A stretch of 64,000 nt of DNA, from NCBI GenBank assembly GCA_964016885.1, contig OZ024744.1, positions 9,796,001-9,860,000 on the forward strand, written 5' to 3'. The position numbers and the translations under genes were made by a program. Shown here in pieces: positions 37,356-49,599 of this stretch. Source of the DNA: Eledone cirrhosa (taxonomy: Eukaryota). The first letter of the stretch is position 1. Each line of letters opens with the position of its first letter. Under the pieces are notes generated by a model. That model had not been told where the DNA came from. It saw only the letters and a list, made by a program, of their open reading frames with translations, and made no database searches.

Positions 37356-38140
37356 TGCTTCAGCAACTCTGAGAGTGAAAAAATGTTTCTGAAAATCATG
37401 GGAACTGTGCTGTTTTCTGACTTTGTGGGCATGTCCACGTGAGTTAGACACATGGAAATCAAAAAGGTACTCAGGGTTGTTGTTGGCAAGATGGTTAATA
37501 ATTTTGTGGGTGTTTACCAAGTCAGTTGCCAGATGTCGGAGCTTCAATGTATTCATGCCCAGGGAAGCAAGGCATTCAGAGTATGGTAGATGCCTGATGG
37601 AGGGTATTCACTTGGTTGCACATCACTGAACAGTTTCCAGGCGGTCAATGTTCTGAGCAAGATAGGGGTTCCAGACTGGTGATGCAAATTCTAAGTGTGG
37701 CCGTACCATAGCTGTATACAGCTTTAAATAGATAGCTGGAGAGCGGCTGACAAAGGTCTTGCTGAGTGATGCTAAGACACCCTTGGCCCTCTTGACAATT
37801 TTAGGGACGTGCTTCGTCCAACGCAAATCGCTGCTGACCGTAATGCCCAGGTCACGTTTACAAGAAGACTTCTTGATATTAGTGCTGTGGAGGGAGTATG
37901 TGGACGCTGGGTTTTTACTCCCAAAATGCATGGTGGTGCACTTGTCCACAGCTAGCTTGAGTTGCCAGTCTGAGATCCACTGTTGCATTGTGTCCAGGTC
38001 AGATTGTAGGAAAGATCTATAGTGTTCAGGATTTGTCTTTTTTATCTCAAGGTACAGCTTGATGTCATCTGCATATTTCATCGCCCAGTTTTATTGCACA
38101 CTTTATCCATGGATGTCACAATAGTTATTTTGTGCTGTCT

Positions 38141-38478
38141 GGAGGCACATGGCTTAGTGGTTAGAGCATTGGGCTTGCAATCGAAAGATTGTGAGTTCAA
38201 TTCTCAGACCGGGTGATGTGTTGTTTCCTTGAGCAAGACACTTTATTTCACATTGCTCCAGTTTACTCAGCTGTAGAAATGAGATGATAGGGACTGGGGT
38301 CCCTATCATTCCACTGCAAAGTGGTCGTGTAGGTGCCATGGCAAAAAAGCACCCAGCACTCACTGTAAATGAGGTTGGTGTTAGGAAGGGCATCCAGCTG
38401 TAGAAATCAAGCCAAAATCAGTTCCTGTCCCACCCTTGCAAACAGGGAAAAGTGGACGTAAAAATGATGATGATGATG
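38141..38478 (+). mobile_element. Full-length tRNA-SINE family 1 with RTE-A tail
   Basis: A box 38150-38160, B box 38193-38203, hairpin 38284-38309, one 49-bp unit, ggtgttaggaagggcatcc 38377-38395, RTE-A 3' end, (gat)n. Confidence 0.92.
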
Positions 38479-39039
38479 TGTCTGTGTGTTACCTGTAGGG
38501 GCCTACATCTTACAACTGACTTTCATGAAACTTTACAGGTTCATAGATATGTATGTTCATTTCTATATATCAGCGTATCGTTTTTTTATTCAAGGGTCAT
38601 TCTGCAGCTCCCACATTTTTCAACTGATTTCGTTCAAATTCGAAACTTCGGCTCTACCTCACACCTAAACCAATTTATTTGGTTCAACTTTTATACTACG
38701 ATAGAACCTATCATTGCACATCTTATAGATGGTCAAAGGCAAAATGATGGCCACTGACGTCGTCTGAGCTTTTAGTTGTTTATTTGAGAATTCATCGGTT
38801 TCCAATCAAGTAGCGTGAGAAAATTTGGCTTAGTGTTAGAGGTCATTACCTCCCTCTCCCAGCATGTCCCTTCGTCAGTCACCCGCGTTTCTCAGTGATA
38901 GAGGTCATCACCACCCTTCCCCGCATGGCCTGTGTGTGGCCATAGATGAGTCACTGAGAAGCAGTCACTAAGATCAACACCTTTTCATCAAAGCAGATAT
39001 TATTTTACCTACCCAGGCAACGCTGGGTACTGCTGCTAG
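38479..39039 (+). mobile_element. Non-autonomous Helitron-like element (same family as 5541-6438)
   Basis: 3' end cccag-gcaacg-ctggg hairpin then tactgctgCTAG|T. Confidence 0.75.
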
Positions 39040-39992
39040 TTATATATATTCGTGTGCAGATCTGACAGAAGCGAGACGAGGTGGCTGGTGTAAACAAACG
39101 AGACAACAACACACACACAGTGGCATTGAAACGATTGTTTATGTGTTTAGCGCCCCCACCTTCCACCGACCAACAAGCGACCAGACAGACTACTACACTG
39201 ATAGTACCAAAGACTGAATATAAGCAGTACAATGGATTGACAGCTAGCGCCATCCCACTCCTACAATAAAAAGGAGCTGCTTCGACCTTTGCTTGACCGC
39301 ACCTATTCCACGCGCACGTGTGCTCTACAGAATATCTCAGTTACACACAAACCGCGGGCAACAGAGGCCACGTACTGTTCCTCTCCGACAGATAACTCCC
39401 CCCACCCCCCAAAAAACCCTCCCAGTTGATGGATGCGAAATCCGAAATATAGGGACAATTAAATCTCTCCCAAGGTAACTCTATCTCGTGTTATTTTTAT
39501 TTTTTAAGGTGGTGGATTGGCAGTATCGGTACAGGGTTGGACGCCATGCTTTCTAGCATAGTTACGTCCCTTTACGATCTGAGTTCAAATCCTGCCGAGG
39601 TTGACTTTGCCTTTCATCCTTACAGGGTCGATAAAATAAAGTACCAGTAATACATTGGGATAATTCCTGGCCTTGTGCCAAAAGTAGAAACAATTATTTT
39701 TATTATTTATGCTCTTTCCTACGTTCCTCTACACACTATACATCTCATTCTACATTTCCTCTTACATCTCTCTCTCTTCACCACCGGATTCTCTTACCCG
39801 GAGATTTACTCATCTGCATTGTTGAGGCTTCCAAAACGACCAAAAAAAAAAATGTTATTATTCCACAATGCTTCAAGCAAACTTCAATACTCTCTTAATT
39901 ATATATATATAATTAAAATGTGTATGTGGGTTAGAAGCGAAGTCAATGTTGAGAAAGATTTTACAAATGTAAGTAAGATTGGCTGGTATAGT

Positions 39993-40399
39993 GTCATCAT
40001 CATCATCATCATCATCATGACTGTTTTGCATCCGTTCTTCCACGCTAACATGGGTTAGACGGGTTGTCCTGTTGTGGGCAGTGCCCAGTTGGCTGACCTT
40101 GTCTTGCTCATACAGGAACTGATTCTGGCTTGATTTCTACAGCTGGATGCCCTTCCTAACACCAACCTCATTTACAGTGAGTGCTGGGTGCTTTTTTGCC
40201 GTGGCACCTCCACGACCACTTTGCAGTGGAATGATAGGGACCCCAGTCCCTATCATCTCATTTCTACAGCTGAGTAAACTGGAGCAATGTGAAATAAAGT
40301 GTCTTGCTCAAGGAAACAACACATCACCCGGTCTGAGAATTGTACTTACAACCTTTCGATTGCAAGGCCAATGCTCTAACCACTAAGCCATGTGCCTCC
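39993..40399 (-). mobile_element. Full-length tRNA-SINE family 1 with RTE-B tail
   Basis: Head and body match 38141-38420; tail matches 768-880. Confidence 0.92.
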
Positions 40400-40400
40400 A

Positions 40401-40442
<42 letters not shown>

Positions 40443-40556
40443 GGATCGTTAAATTTGCTAAGGTAAGATTCTTTTGTTATCTTGGCAATTTAACATCCTT
40501 CATAACGCAATGTTTTGGTTTTCAAAATTAAAATTTTTTTTTTTTTTTTTTTCTAG

Positions 40557-40696
40557 AAATCACAACATTCTTTATTGTGAAAAGAAAAGAAAAGAATAAG
40601 CCGAAGGAAGTGGAATCAATCGAAGATCCGGCTCAGTTATCATTGGAAAATGAAGATAAGTCTGGGAAGGAGCCATCTGAAATAGACAAATTAGAG
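40557..40696 (+). CDS. Internal coding exon of host gene (140 nt, phase 1-0): ITTFFIVKRKEKNKPKEVESIEDPAQLSLENEDKSGKEPSEIDKLE
   Basis: T-rich tract + ctAG acceptor, GAG|GTAAGT donor, open frame, phases match flanking exons. Confidence 0.8.
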
Positions 40697-40741
40697 GTAA
40701 GTCTCATTAAACACAACTTTTTTCTAAGTTGTTATTATTAA

Positions 40742-41930
40742 CCCTTTAGTGTTCAATCCGCTCGAAATCGCCCGAAATTATTTCCCCTTCATTTATTGAA
40801 ATCGCCCGATAACACCCACACTAAAATATCGTTCTAAAAATAAGCAAACCATCAAAATCTCGTCAATACGAGACTACTGCGAGACCCTTACCGTGAAAAT
40901 TAACACTTAATATAGTGAAACAACTTAACACAAAAAGTGTTTTTTTAACTTTGAAAGTACAACAGATTTTTTTTGTGTATCAACATGGCTTATGAAGCGA
41001 TACCGACTTTGAAGGTTTTACACACGACAACATTCAGAATGAACAAGAAACAAAAGATAATATTTGTGATTTATCTTCAAATGAATCTGATGTTTGTATT
41101 TCTGAAATTTCATCCGACGATGATTGTTTTGAAAGTGAAAACGAAGGAGATCTCCAGGGCGCCATTGAAAATATTACAGCAACGTGGTTGAAAAATACCA
41201 CACCAATATATGTTCCTGATTTTATTCAAAATACTGTTCCACAACACATTAGCTCCCGATGATAAAGCACTGGATTATTTCTTTTTGTTTTTACCACAAA
41301 CTTTCTTCGAAGTTGTTGCAGAAAAGATTAATCGATATGCCCAACAACAGATTTCAAATCAAGGTAAACCCGATCTGTTTGACGACCGACAGATGCTGTG
41401 GAAATGCAAGCATTTTTTACCGTAAATATTATGTTCGGTATAAAACAATTTCCAAGACTGTTGAAATACTGGAGCACTGATATAAGGTTTAGTGATTCTT
41501 ATATATCAAGTATTATGCCGAAAACAACGTATTTAAAATTAAACCAGTATTTGCACCTGGTTGATACTTCAAATGCCCCTATTAATTAATTTCACCTGCC
41601 CATAAAAGTCAAATTTGACCAAAAAATCAGGTAAAATTATATAATTGTAAATTATTGATATTTAAACATCTACTGACAAAATTTCAAGCCTGCACATAGA
41701 AAATTAAGAAAATTACAAACAAATAAAATTGATAACCCTCTTGAGTATGATTAACTGAAAATAATTGTTTCTACTTTTGGCACAAGGCCAGTAATAATCC
41801 AGTGTATTACTGGTACTTTATTTTATCCATCCCGTAAGGATGAAAGGCAGAGTTAACCTTGGCGGGATTAACTGAAAATAATGTGAACAGATAAGCATGA
41901 TGTTTGAAAATTAATGCGAATGCTAAAGGG
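40742..41930 (+). mobile_element. Decayed, internally deleted piggyBac element
   Basis: TTAA|CCCTTTAG...CTAAAGGG|TTAA (TSDs 40738-40741, 41931-41934); PGBD-like peptides LDYFFLF..INRYAQQ and NIMFGI..KYWSTD..SIMP..YLHLVD; nested SINE with 17-bp TSD (41749-41765, 41866-41882). Confidence 0.9.
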
Positions 41931-42023
41931 TTAAAGTTGTTGTTCTTCTCCGGCCAAGTTTATACTCGCAAAGATTAAGTATGCTCTCTCTAATCATTCT
42001 GGTCGAGCATGACATTTCTCAGT

Positions 42024-42685
42024 TCATCATTGTTTAATGTCTATCTAGCATGGGTTTAGACGGGAATTGTCCCACTTGAGGCAACATTAGTCGGGTGACC
42101 GTGTCTCGCTCGTATAGGACTATCGGGCAGGTTTTCTACGGCTGGACGCCATTCCTAACACCAACCACATTTACAGTGTGGACTGGGAGGTTTTTACCGT
42201 GTTACCTACATGGCCACATTACAGCGTGGACTGTGTTTTTTTTTGTCGTGACACCTATACGATCTCATTAGTTTGGACTGGATGTTGTGGTACTAACTTA
42301 ACTTTACAAAGAAAGGGGTGGTGTTGGTGGGAGTGGGAGGATGGAGTAGGGGTAGTGGATTGGGGTGTATATTTGGTTAAGAGGTGCCTACTGACTGTAG
42401 GTTTCGCTTTGTACATAGGCAAGGCGGGTCTTCTGTATTACTGCGTAGCACCAAAGATCTCAGTCCAGTGACATTGTCTTGGAGAGGTGCAAGTGTGTAA
42501 GGTCGGAATTTATTAGATCGTCCCAGGTTTTTCTGGGTCTACCTACTCCATAACTTCCATCAATTTTCTTTTTTACATACAAGAACTTTAGTCTTAGACA
42601 AGTTAACTTTAAGGCCTTTTGATTCTAGGCCATGCTTCCATGTTTGGAATTTCTACTCTAGTTCAGCTATGAGAGTTATATATAT
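42024..42685 (-). mobile_element. RTE-C truncated copy with large internal deletion (left arm of an inverted pair)
   Basis: 3' UTR and ORF end joined near 42570 to the KHGLESKGL region. Confidence 0.85.
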
Positions 42686-42689
42686 CTTC

Positions 42690-42956
42690 ACCACCATCAT
42701 CATTTCATTTTACGTCCGCTTTTTCCCTGCTTGCAAGGGTGGGACGGGAACTGATTCTGGCTTGATTTCTACAGCTGGATGCCCTTCCTAACACCAACCT
42801 CATTTACAGTGAGTGCTGGGTGCTTTTTTGCTGTGGCACCTCCACGACCACTTTGCAGTGGAATGATAGGGGCCCCAGTCCTATCATCTCATTTCTACAG
42901 CTGGGAAAACTGGAGCAATGTGAAATAAAGTGTCTTGCTCAAGGAAACAACGCATC
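42690..42956 (-). mobile_element. 5'-truncated SINE family 1 with RTE-A tail
   Basis: Reverse complement of 38215-38475. Confidence 0.88.
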
Positions 42957-43196
42957 ATATTTATATATATATTAAAAAAGAAAATGTTCGCTCTACATAG
43001 CTGAATACAATAAATGTAATCTGAGTTTTTCGAATATTAATAACATTTGATTCGTTTGCAATTATGCAAACAAGCCTCAATTTTATAGCCATGTCAGTAG
43101 AATGAACCCTTCATTCTTGCTCTTATGTTGGCATGCGAACAGAACTGCAGACACTAATATTTCTGCTATGTAGAGCGAAAATTTTCTTTTTTACTA

Positions 43197-44503
43197 TATA
43201 TGTATAACTCTCATAGCTGAACTAGTGTAGAAATTCGAAACATGGAAGCATGGCCTAGAATCAAAAGGCCTTAAAGTTAACTTGTCTAAGACTAAAGTTC
43301 TAGTATGTAGGAAGGAAAATAGGGTACAGGTCCCCTCTGGGAAATGACCATGCTCAGTGTGTAGGAAAGGAGTTGGCAGAAATTCCATTTTATGTCTCAA
43401 ATGCAAAGTATGGGTGCATAAAAGATGTAGTGGGATCACAGGTAAGCTAACTAAGAACGTAGATTGTAAATGTGGCCGGTGTTCTGGTGCAATAAGTAGC
43501 AGCAAGCACCCACAGGATACTAGCTCCTTCTATTGCCCTGATGGCTCTATAGAAATAGTGGACAGCTTCTGTTACCTGGGTGACAAAATCAGCAGTGGTG
43601 GAGGGTACTCAGAAAGTACAGTAGCCAGAGTTAGAACGGGATGGAAAAAGTTCAGAGAGTTTATACCACTATTAGCCGCTAAAGGGTTCTCCCTAAAAAT
43701 GAAAGGCAGACTGTATGATGCCTGTATACGAACAACTATGTTACATGGCAGTGAGACCTGGGCATTGTGTGCAGAGGATATACGCAGACTGGAGAGGAAT
43801 GAAGCTTGCATGCTCCGCTGGATGTGTAATAGTAATATACGTGAACGGCAAAGCATAAATGAACTAAGTGAGAAATTAGGAATAAGAGGGATCAGATGCT
43901 GTTTACTCAAGAGAAGACTACGTTGGTATGGTCACGTGATGCGCATGAAAGACGTCAGCTGTATGAAAAAAGTGTAGGGCAATCAAAATTGACCGAAGTT
44001 ACGGAGTAGGCAGACCCAGAAAAACCTGGGACGATTTGATAAATTCCGACCTTATACACTTACACCTCTCTAAGACAATGCAACTGGACCGAGATCTTTG
44101 GCGCTACCCAGTAATACAGAAGACCCGCCTTGCCTAAGTACAAAATGAAACCTACAGTCAGTAGGCACCTCTTAACCAAATATACACCCCCATCAACACC
44201 ACCCCTTTCTCTGTTAAGTTATGTTGGTACCACAACATCCAGTCCTAAACAAATGAGGTTGTGTAGGTGTCACGACAAAAAAACACAGTCCACGCTGTAA
44301 TGTGGCCGTGTAGGTAACACGGCAAAAACCTCCCAGGCCACACTGTAAACGTGGTTGATGTTAGGAAGGGCATCCAGGCGTAGAAAACCTGCCAGATAGT
44401 CCCATACGAGCAAAACAACCAATCTTGCCTCACGTGGGACAATTCCCGTCTAAACCCATGCTAGCATGGAAGATAGACGTTAAACGATGATGATGATGAT
44501 GAT
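43197..44503 (+). mobile_element. 5'-truncated RTE-C LINE (right arm of the inverted pair)
   Basis: ORF 43357-43977 (PHD + C-terminus), 3' UTR, (gat)n tail. Confidence 0.92.
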
Positions 44504-44936
44504 ATATTTAAGCAATGAGTTATTTAATTTGTTGGTTATTCAACAAATTTAGTTTATAACACAACTCAAAACGATAAGTCACTATCTGTAAAACAATTTT
44601 TATATTTTATCTGATAAGAGCGTACCAAAAATTTTAGGACCCTTGAAATATCTGTATATATATAAAGCTGAAGTTTTCTGTATGTGTGTGTGTATGTGAG
44701 TGTGGAATGAGGGCTCATATATTCTAAACCATTCATGCGATTTCTTTGAAGTTTTTTTACAGAGCTTCTCCTTGCACAAAACCTGTACATGATCTACAAA
44801 GGCTTTCAAAAATCGATATTGGGGCCTTTGGAGACATTAAAAAAGTTTTCGTTATTTGTGTCAATTTTTGTGATTAAGTAAGACAAGAGTTATCTTTCGT
44901 CAGTAAGATAGGAACTCATTTTTGTCTGTATATATA

Positions 44937-47900
44937 TCATCATCATCATCATCATCATCGTTTAACGTCCGTGTTCCACGCTTGCATTGGTTTGGACGGA
45001 GGGTTTTCCCACTTGAGGCAAGAGTGGTTATCTTGCTCGCATAGGACTATCTGGCGGGTTTTCTACAGCTGGATGCCCTTCCTAACACCAACCACATTTA
45101 CAGTGTGGGGCTGGGAGGTTTTTACCGTGTTGCCTACACGGCCACATTACAGCGTGAACTGTGTGTTTTTTTTGACATGACACCTACACGATCTCATTTG
45201 TTTCGGCCTGGATGTTGTGGCACCAACATAACTTTACATTGAAAGGGGCGCTGTGGATGGGGTGGGGGTGGTGGGACGGGGGTGTATTTTGTTAGAGATG
45301 CCTACTGACTGTAGTAGGTTTTACTTTGTATTTAGGTAAGGCGGGTCTTCTCTATTACTGAGTACCGCCAAAGGTCTCGGTCCAGTGACATTGTCTTGGT
45401 GAGGTGTAAGTGTGTGAGGTCGGAATTTATCAGCTCGTCCCAGGTTTTTCTGGGTCTGCCTATTCCGTGGCTACCGTCTATCTTTATTGCCCTGCACTTT
45501 GTTATACAGCTATCGTCCTTCATGCGCATCACGTGACCATACCAACGTAGCCTTCTCTCGAGTAAACAACATCTGATCCCTCTTATTTCTAATTTTTTTT
45601 TTTTCCTTAGTTCGTTTATGCTTTGCCGTTCACGTATATTACTATTACACATCCAGCGGAGCATGCAAGCTTCGTTTCTCTTTAGTCTGCGTATATCCTC
45701 TGCACACAATGCCCAGGTCTCACTGTCGTGCAACATTGCTGTTCGTATGCAGGCATCGTACAACCTGCCTTTCATTTTTAGGGAGAACCCTTTAGCGGCT
45801 AATAGTGGTATGAGCTCTCTGAACTTTTTCCACCCAGTTCTGACTCTAGCTACTGTACTTTCAGAGCACCCTCCCCCACTGCTGATTTTGTCACCCAGGT
45901 AACGGAAGCTGTCCACTATTTCTATAGAACCCTCTGCGCAGTTGAAAGAGCTAGTATTTTGTGGGCACTTGCTGCTACTTATTGCCCCAGAACACCGGCC
46001 ACATGTAAAATCTATGTTCTTAGTTAGCTTACCTGTGATCCCACTACATCTTTTATGCACCCAAACTTTGCATTTGGGACACAAAATGGAGTTTCTACCT
46101 ACGCCTTTCCTACACTCTGAGCATGGCCACTTCCCGGAGGAGACCGCCGCCTTATTTTCTTTCTTACAAACTAGAACTTTAGTCTTAGCCAGGTTAATTT
46201 TAAGGCCTTTTGATTCTAGGCCGTGCTTCCATGTTTGGAATTTCTTCTCTAGCTCGGCCATTGTTTCAGCTATGAGCGTTAGATCATCTGCGTATAGGAG
46301 TTCCCATGGGCAGCCGGTCTTGAACTCCACTGTTATAGCCTGGAGGGCAATAATAAATAGTAGGGGGCTAAGAACAGAGCCCTGATGAACACCAACTTTT
46401 ACACTAAACTCTTCACTATATTCGTTGTTAATTCTAACCTTGCTGACTGTTTCTTTATACATGGCTTGTATAGCTCTCACAAGCCATTCATCAACACCTA
46501 GTTTTCTAAGAGCCCACCAGATAATGGAACGGGGGACTCTGTCGAAGGCTTTCTCCAAGTCGACGAAAGCTAAGTATAGGGGTTTACTTTTAGCTAGGTA
46601 CTTCTCCTGTAGTTGTCGTACAATGAAAAGAGCGTCTGTGGTACTTTTTCCTGACACAAACCCGAACTGCATTTCATCTAGATCAATTCGCTCTCTGATT
46701 AGTTGCGCTATTACTTTTTCCGTGAACTTCATGACCTGGTCGATTAATTTAATGCCTCTATAGTTACTCCTATCTAGGGCATCTCCTTTACCCTCATAAC
46801 AGTTAACGATGATGCTGCTACACCAGTCCTTCGGAACAGCCCCATTCTGTATGACTTGGTTGACTATCCGGGTGACCATGCCTTCAGCATCTCGGCAACT
46901 ATTTCCGAAGGCCCAGCCGCCTTACCCGTCTTCATATCTTTGATTGCCTTACTTATTATACTACCCTCGACTAACACTGCTGGTCCCTCTATTGGGTCGA
47001 TGTGGGGGAGACTGTCTTTCTCCCATTTATTCTCCTCATTTAGTAGCCTTTCATAGTGACACTTCCAAGCTACCTTCTTATCAGTGTCGGTGATGGCAAG
47101 TACGCCGTCATCATTAAGTACACACTTCTCCCCGACAATATCACTGTTTTCCTTGACACATTGCCTAGCAATCCTGAACACCTCACGTTTTTGGTCCTCG
47201 CGTTGTAGAACATGCTTGAACTTTCTTTCCTCTGCTTTCCTTCTTGCGAAGTACACTTGTCTCCTAGCTTCCCTCCTGGCCACTTGATAGTCTTCTCTAC
47301 TTCCTCCATCCCGCCATACTTTCCAAGCCTGCTTTTTGGCCTTGATTGATTCCTCCACCTTACTGTTCCACCACCAAGTTACTCTCCTCCTGCCAACAGG
47401 CCTGCTCCAGCCACAGACTTCATCTGTCGCCATCAGCAGGTTTGCTTTCAGAAATTCCCACTGTCCCTCTATATTGTCCGACTCTAAATGCTCTTCCTTA
47501 CTGTCGAAAGCATCAAGTAATATGCTTTGAAATTTATTTTTGGCTGTGGGGTCCTTTAGCTTCCATATTTTTCTCCTGAGGATAGTCCTCTTCTGTTGTC
47601 TAGTACGTCTCGTCCTGACTATTAGGTCGCTAATTATCAGTCTATGTTGGGAGGTGCATTCTTCATGGGGGAGGGATTTAGTGTTTACAACAGTCACTCT
47701 GTCACGTCTCCTGGTAAGGATATAATCTACCTGGCTGGTATGTTCCCCTGATCTGTAGGTGATCAAGTGATTGTCTCGTTTTTTGAAGTTAGTGTTGCAG
47801 ATAGTTAGGTTATTTGCGTCACAGAATTCCAGGATTCTGGAGCCTTCCTCATTTCTAGTACCAAACCCATAGCCTCCATGGATTTCGTCGTAGCCGTCAC

Positions 47901-48940
47901 AATGTTGTCCAACGTGACCATTTAGGTCGCCCGCAATAATTATATAGTCACTGTCGGTTATTTGAGAGGTAGTGAGCATCAGTGTCTCATAGAATCTGTC
48001 TTTTATAGTGCTAGGCAGTCCGGATTGGGGTGCGTACGCGGATATTACTGTCACCGTAGTTCTATTGAGGACAAGTCTTATTTTAATTATTCTGTCGTTC
48101 ACTCTATTTACGTCTATTATCTTATCTGCCCACTTTTCTGCTACCATGAATCCTACTCCACCCAGCCCATTGTCATTTCCCACCCAGAAAAGCTTATAGC
48201 ATCGTTTTCTACCCACAATGAATCTAGCAGATCCACCCCTCCACCTCGTCTCTTGAATACAACAAACATCGACCTCCTTACGTTCAAGCATTTCTACAAC
48301 CTCTTTAGAGCGACCTTTTAAGGTGCCTACATTCAAGGTACCAACTCTGAAGTTTTGGATTGCGTTTGGAGGGTGGGAACGGTGGGAAGCGGGGGGAGAC
48401 GGGGTTATGTTGGCCATCCGCGGCTGAAACAAAGAGGAAAGCTCGCATTCTCGTCCACGAGGTGTGGTGTGGTGTGTTTGTCTTTATCTTTGGCATTGTC
48501 GCTGAGCGTCCAGATTTTTCTCTCTTCAACTCTCCGGAACTCCGTAGTCCTTCCATCCTACATATCGAAGGCGACCAGGTAAGCGATAGTATAGGCCTCT
48601 GGCTTATGATTGGTCCACGTAATAATAATGGTGGTGCGTGGGGGTGGGAGGGAGGGGTGTTGAGTTGTTAGCGAGAATAATAGGTTTAAGTGAGATCCTC
48701 GAATTTAACAAACAAAAATACAAGATTTGTTTTGGAAAATACGAGATAGGATACATAGGAAATAGGATGGAATGGCTAGTAGTGAAGAAGAATTGGAATG
48801 AGGATAGAAATGCTATAGGGTTTGAAAGGACTATGGAATTAAGCGGATTGTTAGAAAAGTTAGAAAAATGTGTATGTTACATTATACCATTGAATGAAAA
48901 ACGGCCACAAATTTGGCGAAAGTGGATTTCTTGTGTGGGT
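44937..48940 (-). mobile_element. Near-full-length RTE-C LINE; APE-RT-PHD ORF broken by one ~22-bp deletion near 46877
   Basis: ORFs 46864-48432 (APE) and 45332-46879 (RT, YADD, PHD); deletion evident against 25405-25445; 5' limit approximate. Confidence 0.95.
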
Positions 48941-49089
48941 TATCTTATATATATTATTATATATATAAAGCTGAAGTTTTCTGTGTGTATGTCCAATCTG
49001 TATCGTTATTCCAACCTATGTACATAATAGTGTCTATTATTCACTTCACTTCTCTATTTCATGATGCGCTTTTACTGTTGTCAAAAAAA

Positions 49090-49380
49090 TAATACCTCAC
49101 ATACCATTTACATTACTCTATGTATACTATTGTATTTTCACAGTAAAGGCTTTACCTCACATAATATCTCACATAACATTTACATTACTCTATATATACT
49201 ATTGTATTTTCACAGTAAAGTCTTTACCTCACATAATATCTCACATAATATCGAATCTATGAGATTTTGATATTATTTATTTTGAAAACAATACCTTAAC
49301 ATAAGTATGAGTGGCAAATTATGGCTGGTTTGAACAGAAAGAGGTGAGAGAATTGTGGCCGGATATGGCCGGGTTGAATC
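49090..49380 (+). mobile_element. MITE-like fragment with ~2 copies of the 72-bp unit
   Basis: Homologous to 14126-15196; ends ggccggatatggccgg. Confidence 0.7.
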
Positions 49381-49599
49381 CATTGTCTGTACAAGCCCTG
49401 GCAAGAGAAAGATTGGAGTGTGTGAAGATCACAGATCAGGGTGGTAGTAAATACATGTTTAGGTACAGGGTATAATAAAGTTAAGTTGTATATTAATTAG
49501 AAGAGACAGTGCAAAACAGATTTTAGTAATAAAAATTTCTAAATCGTAAACAATTCTATTTCAAATAACAACAACACTACAGATATTGTTGTCTTCCTG

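Larger units (their letters stand above)
35870..38085 (-). mobile_element. CR1-group LINE 3' half, split by a nested LINE and carrying a 61-bp array
   Basis: KYADDIKLY, RDLGI, VRPHLEF, RGHAHK (ORFs 37623-38081, 37266-37556); 3' UTR homologous to 61117-61270; (aat)n tail near 35870. Confidence 0.9.

Noticed and set aside
38141-38215. tRNA gene
   Set aside because: A and B boxes are followed by SINE body and tail, and the sequence recurs as dispersed copies.
40441-40468. Extra micro-exon ending at AAG|GTAAGA (40462)
   Set aside because: Strong donor but no acceptor upstream, only (TA)n and a SINE head.
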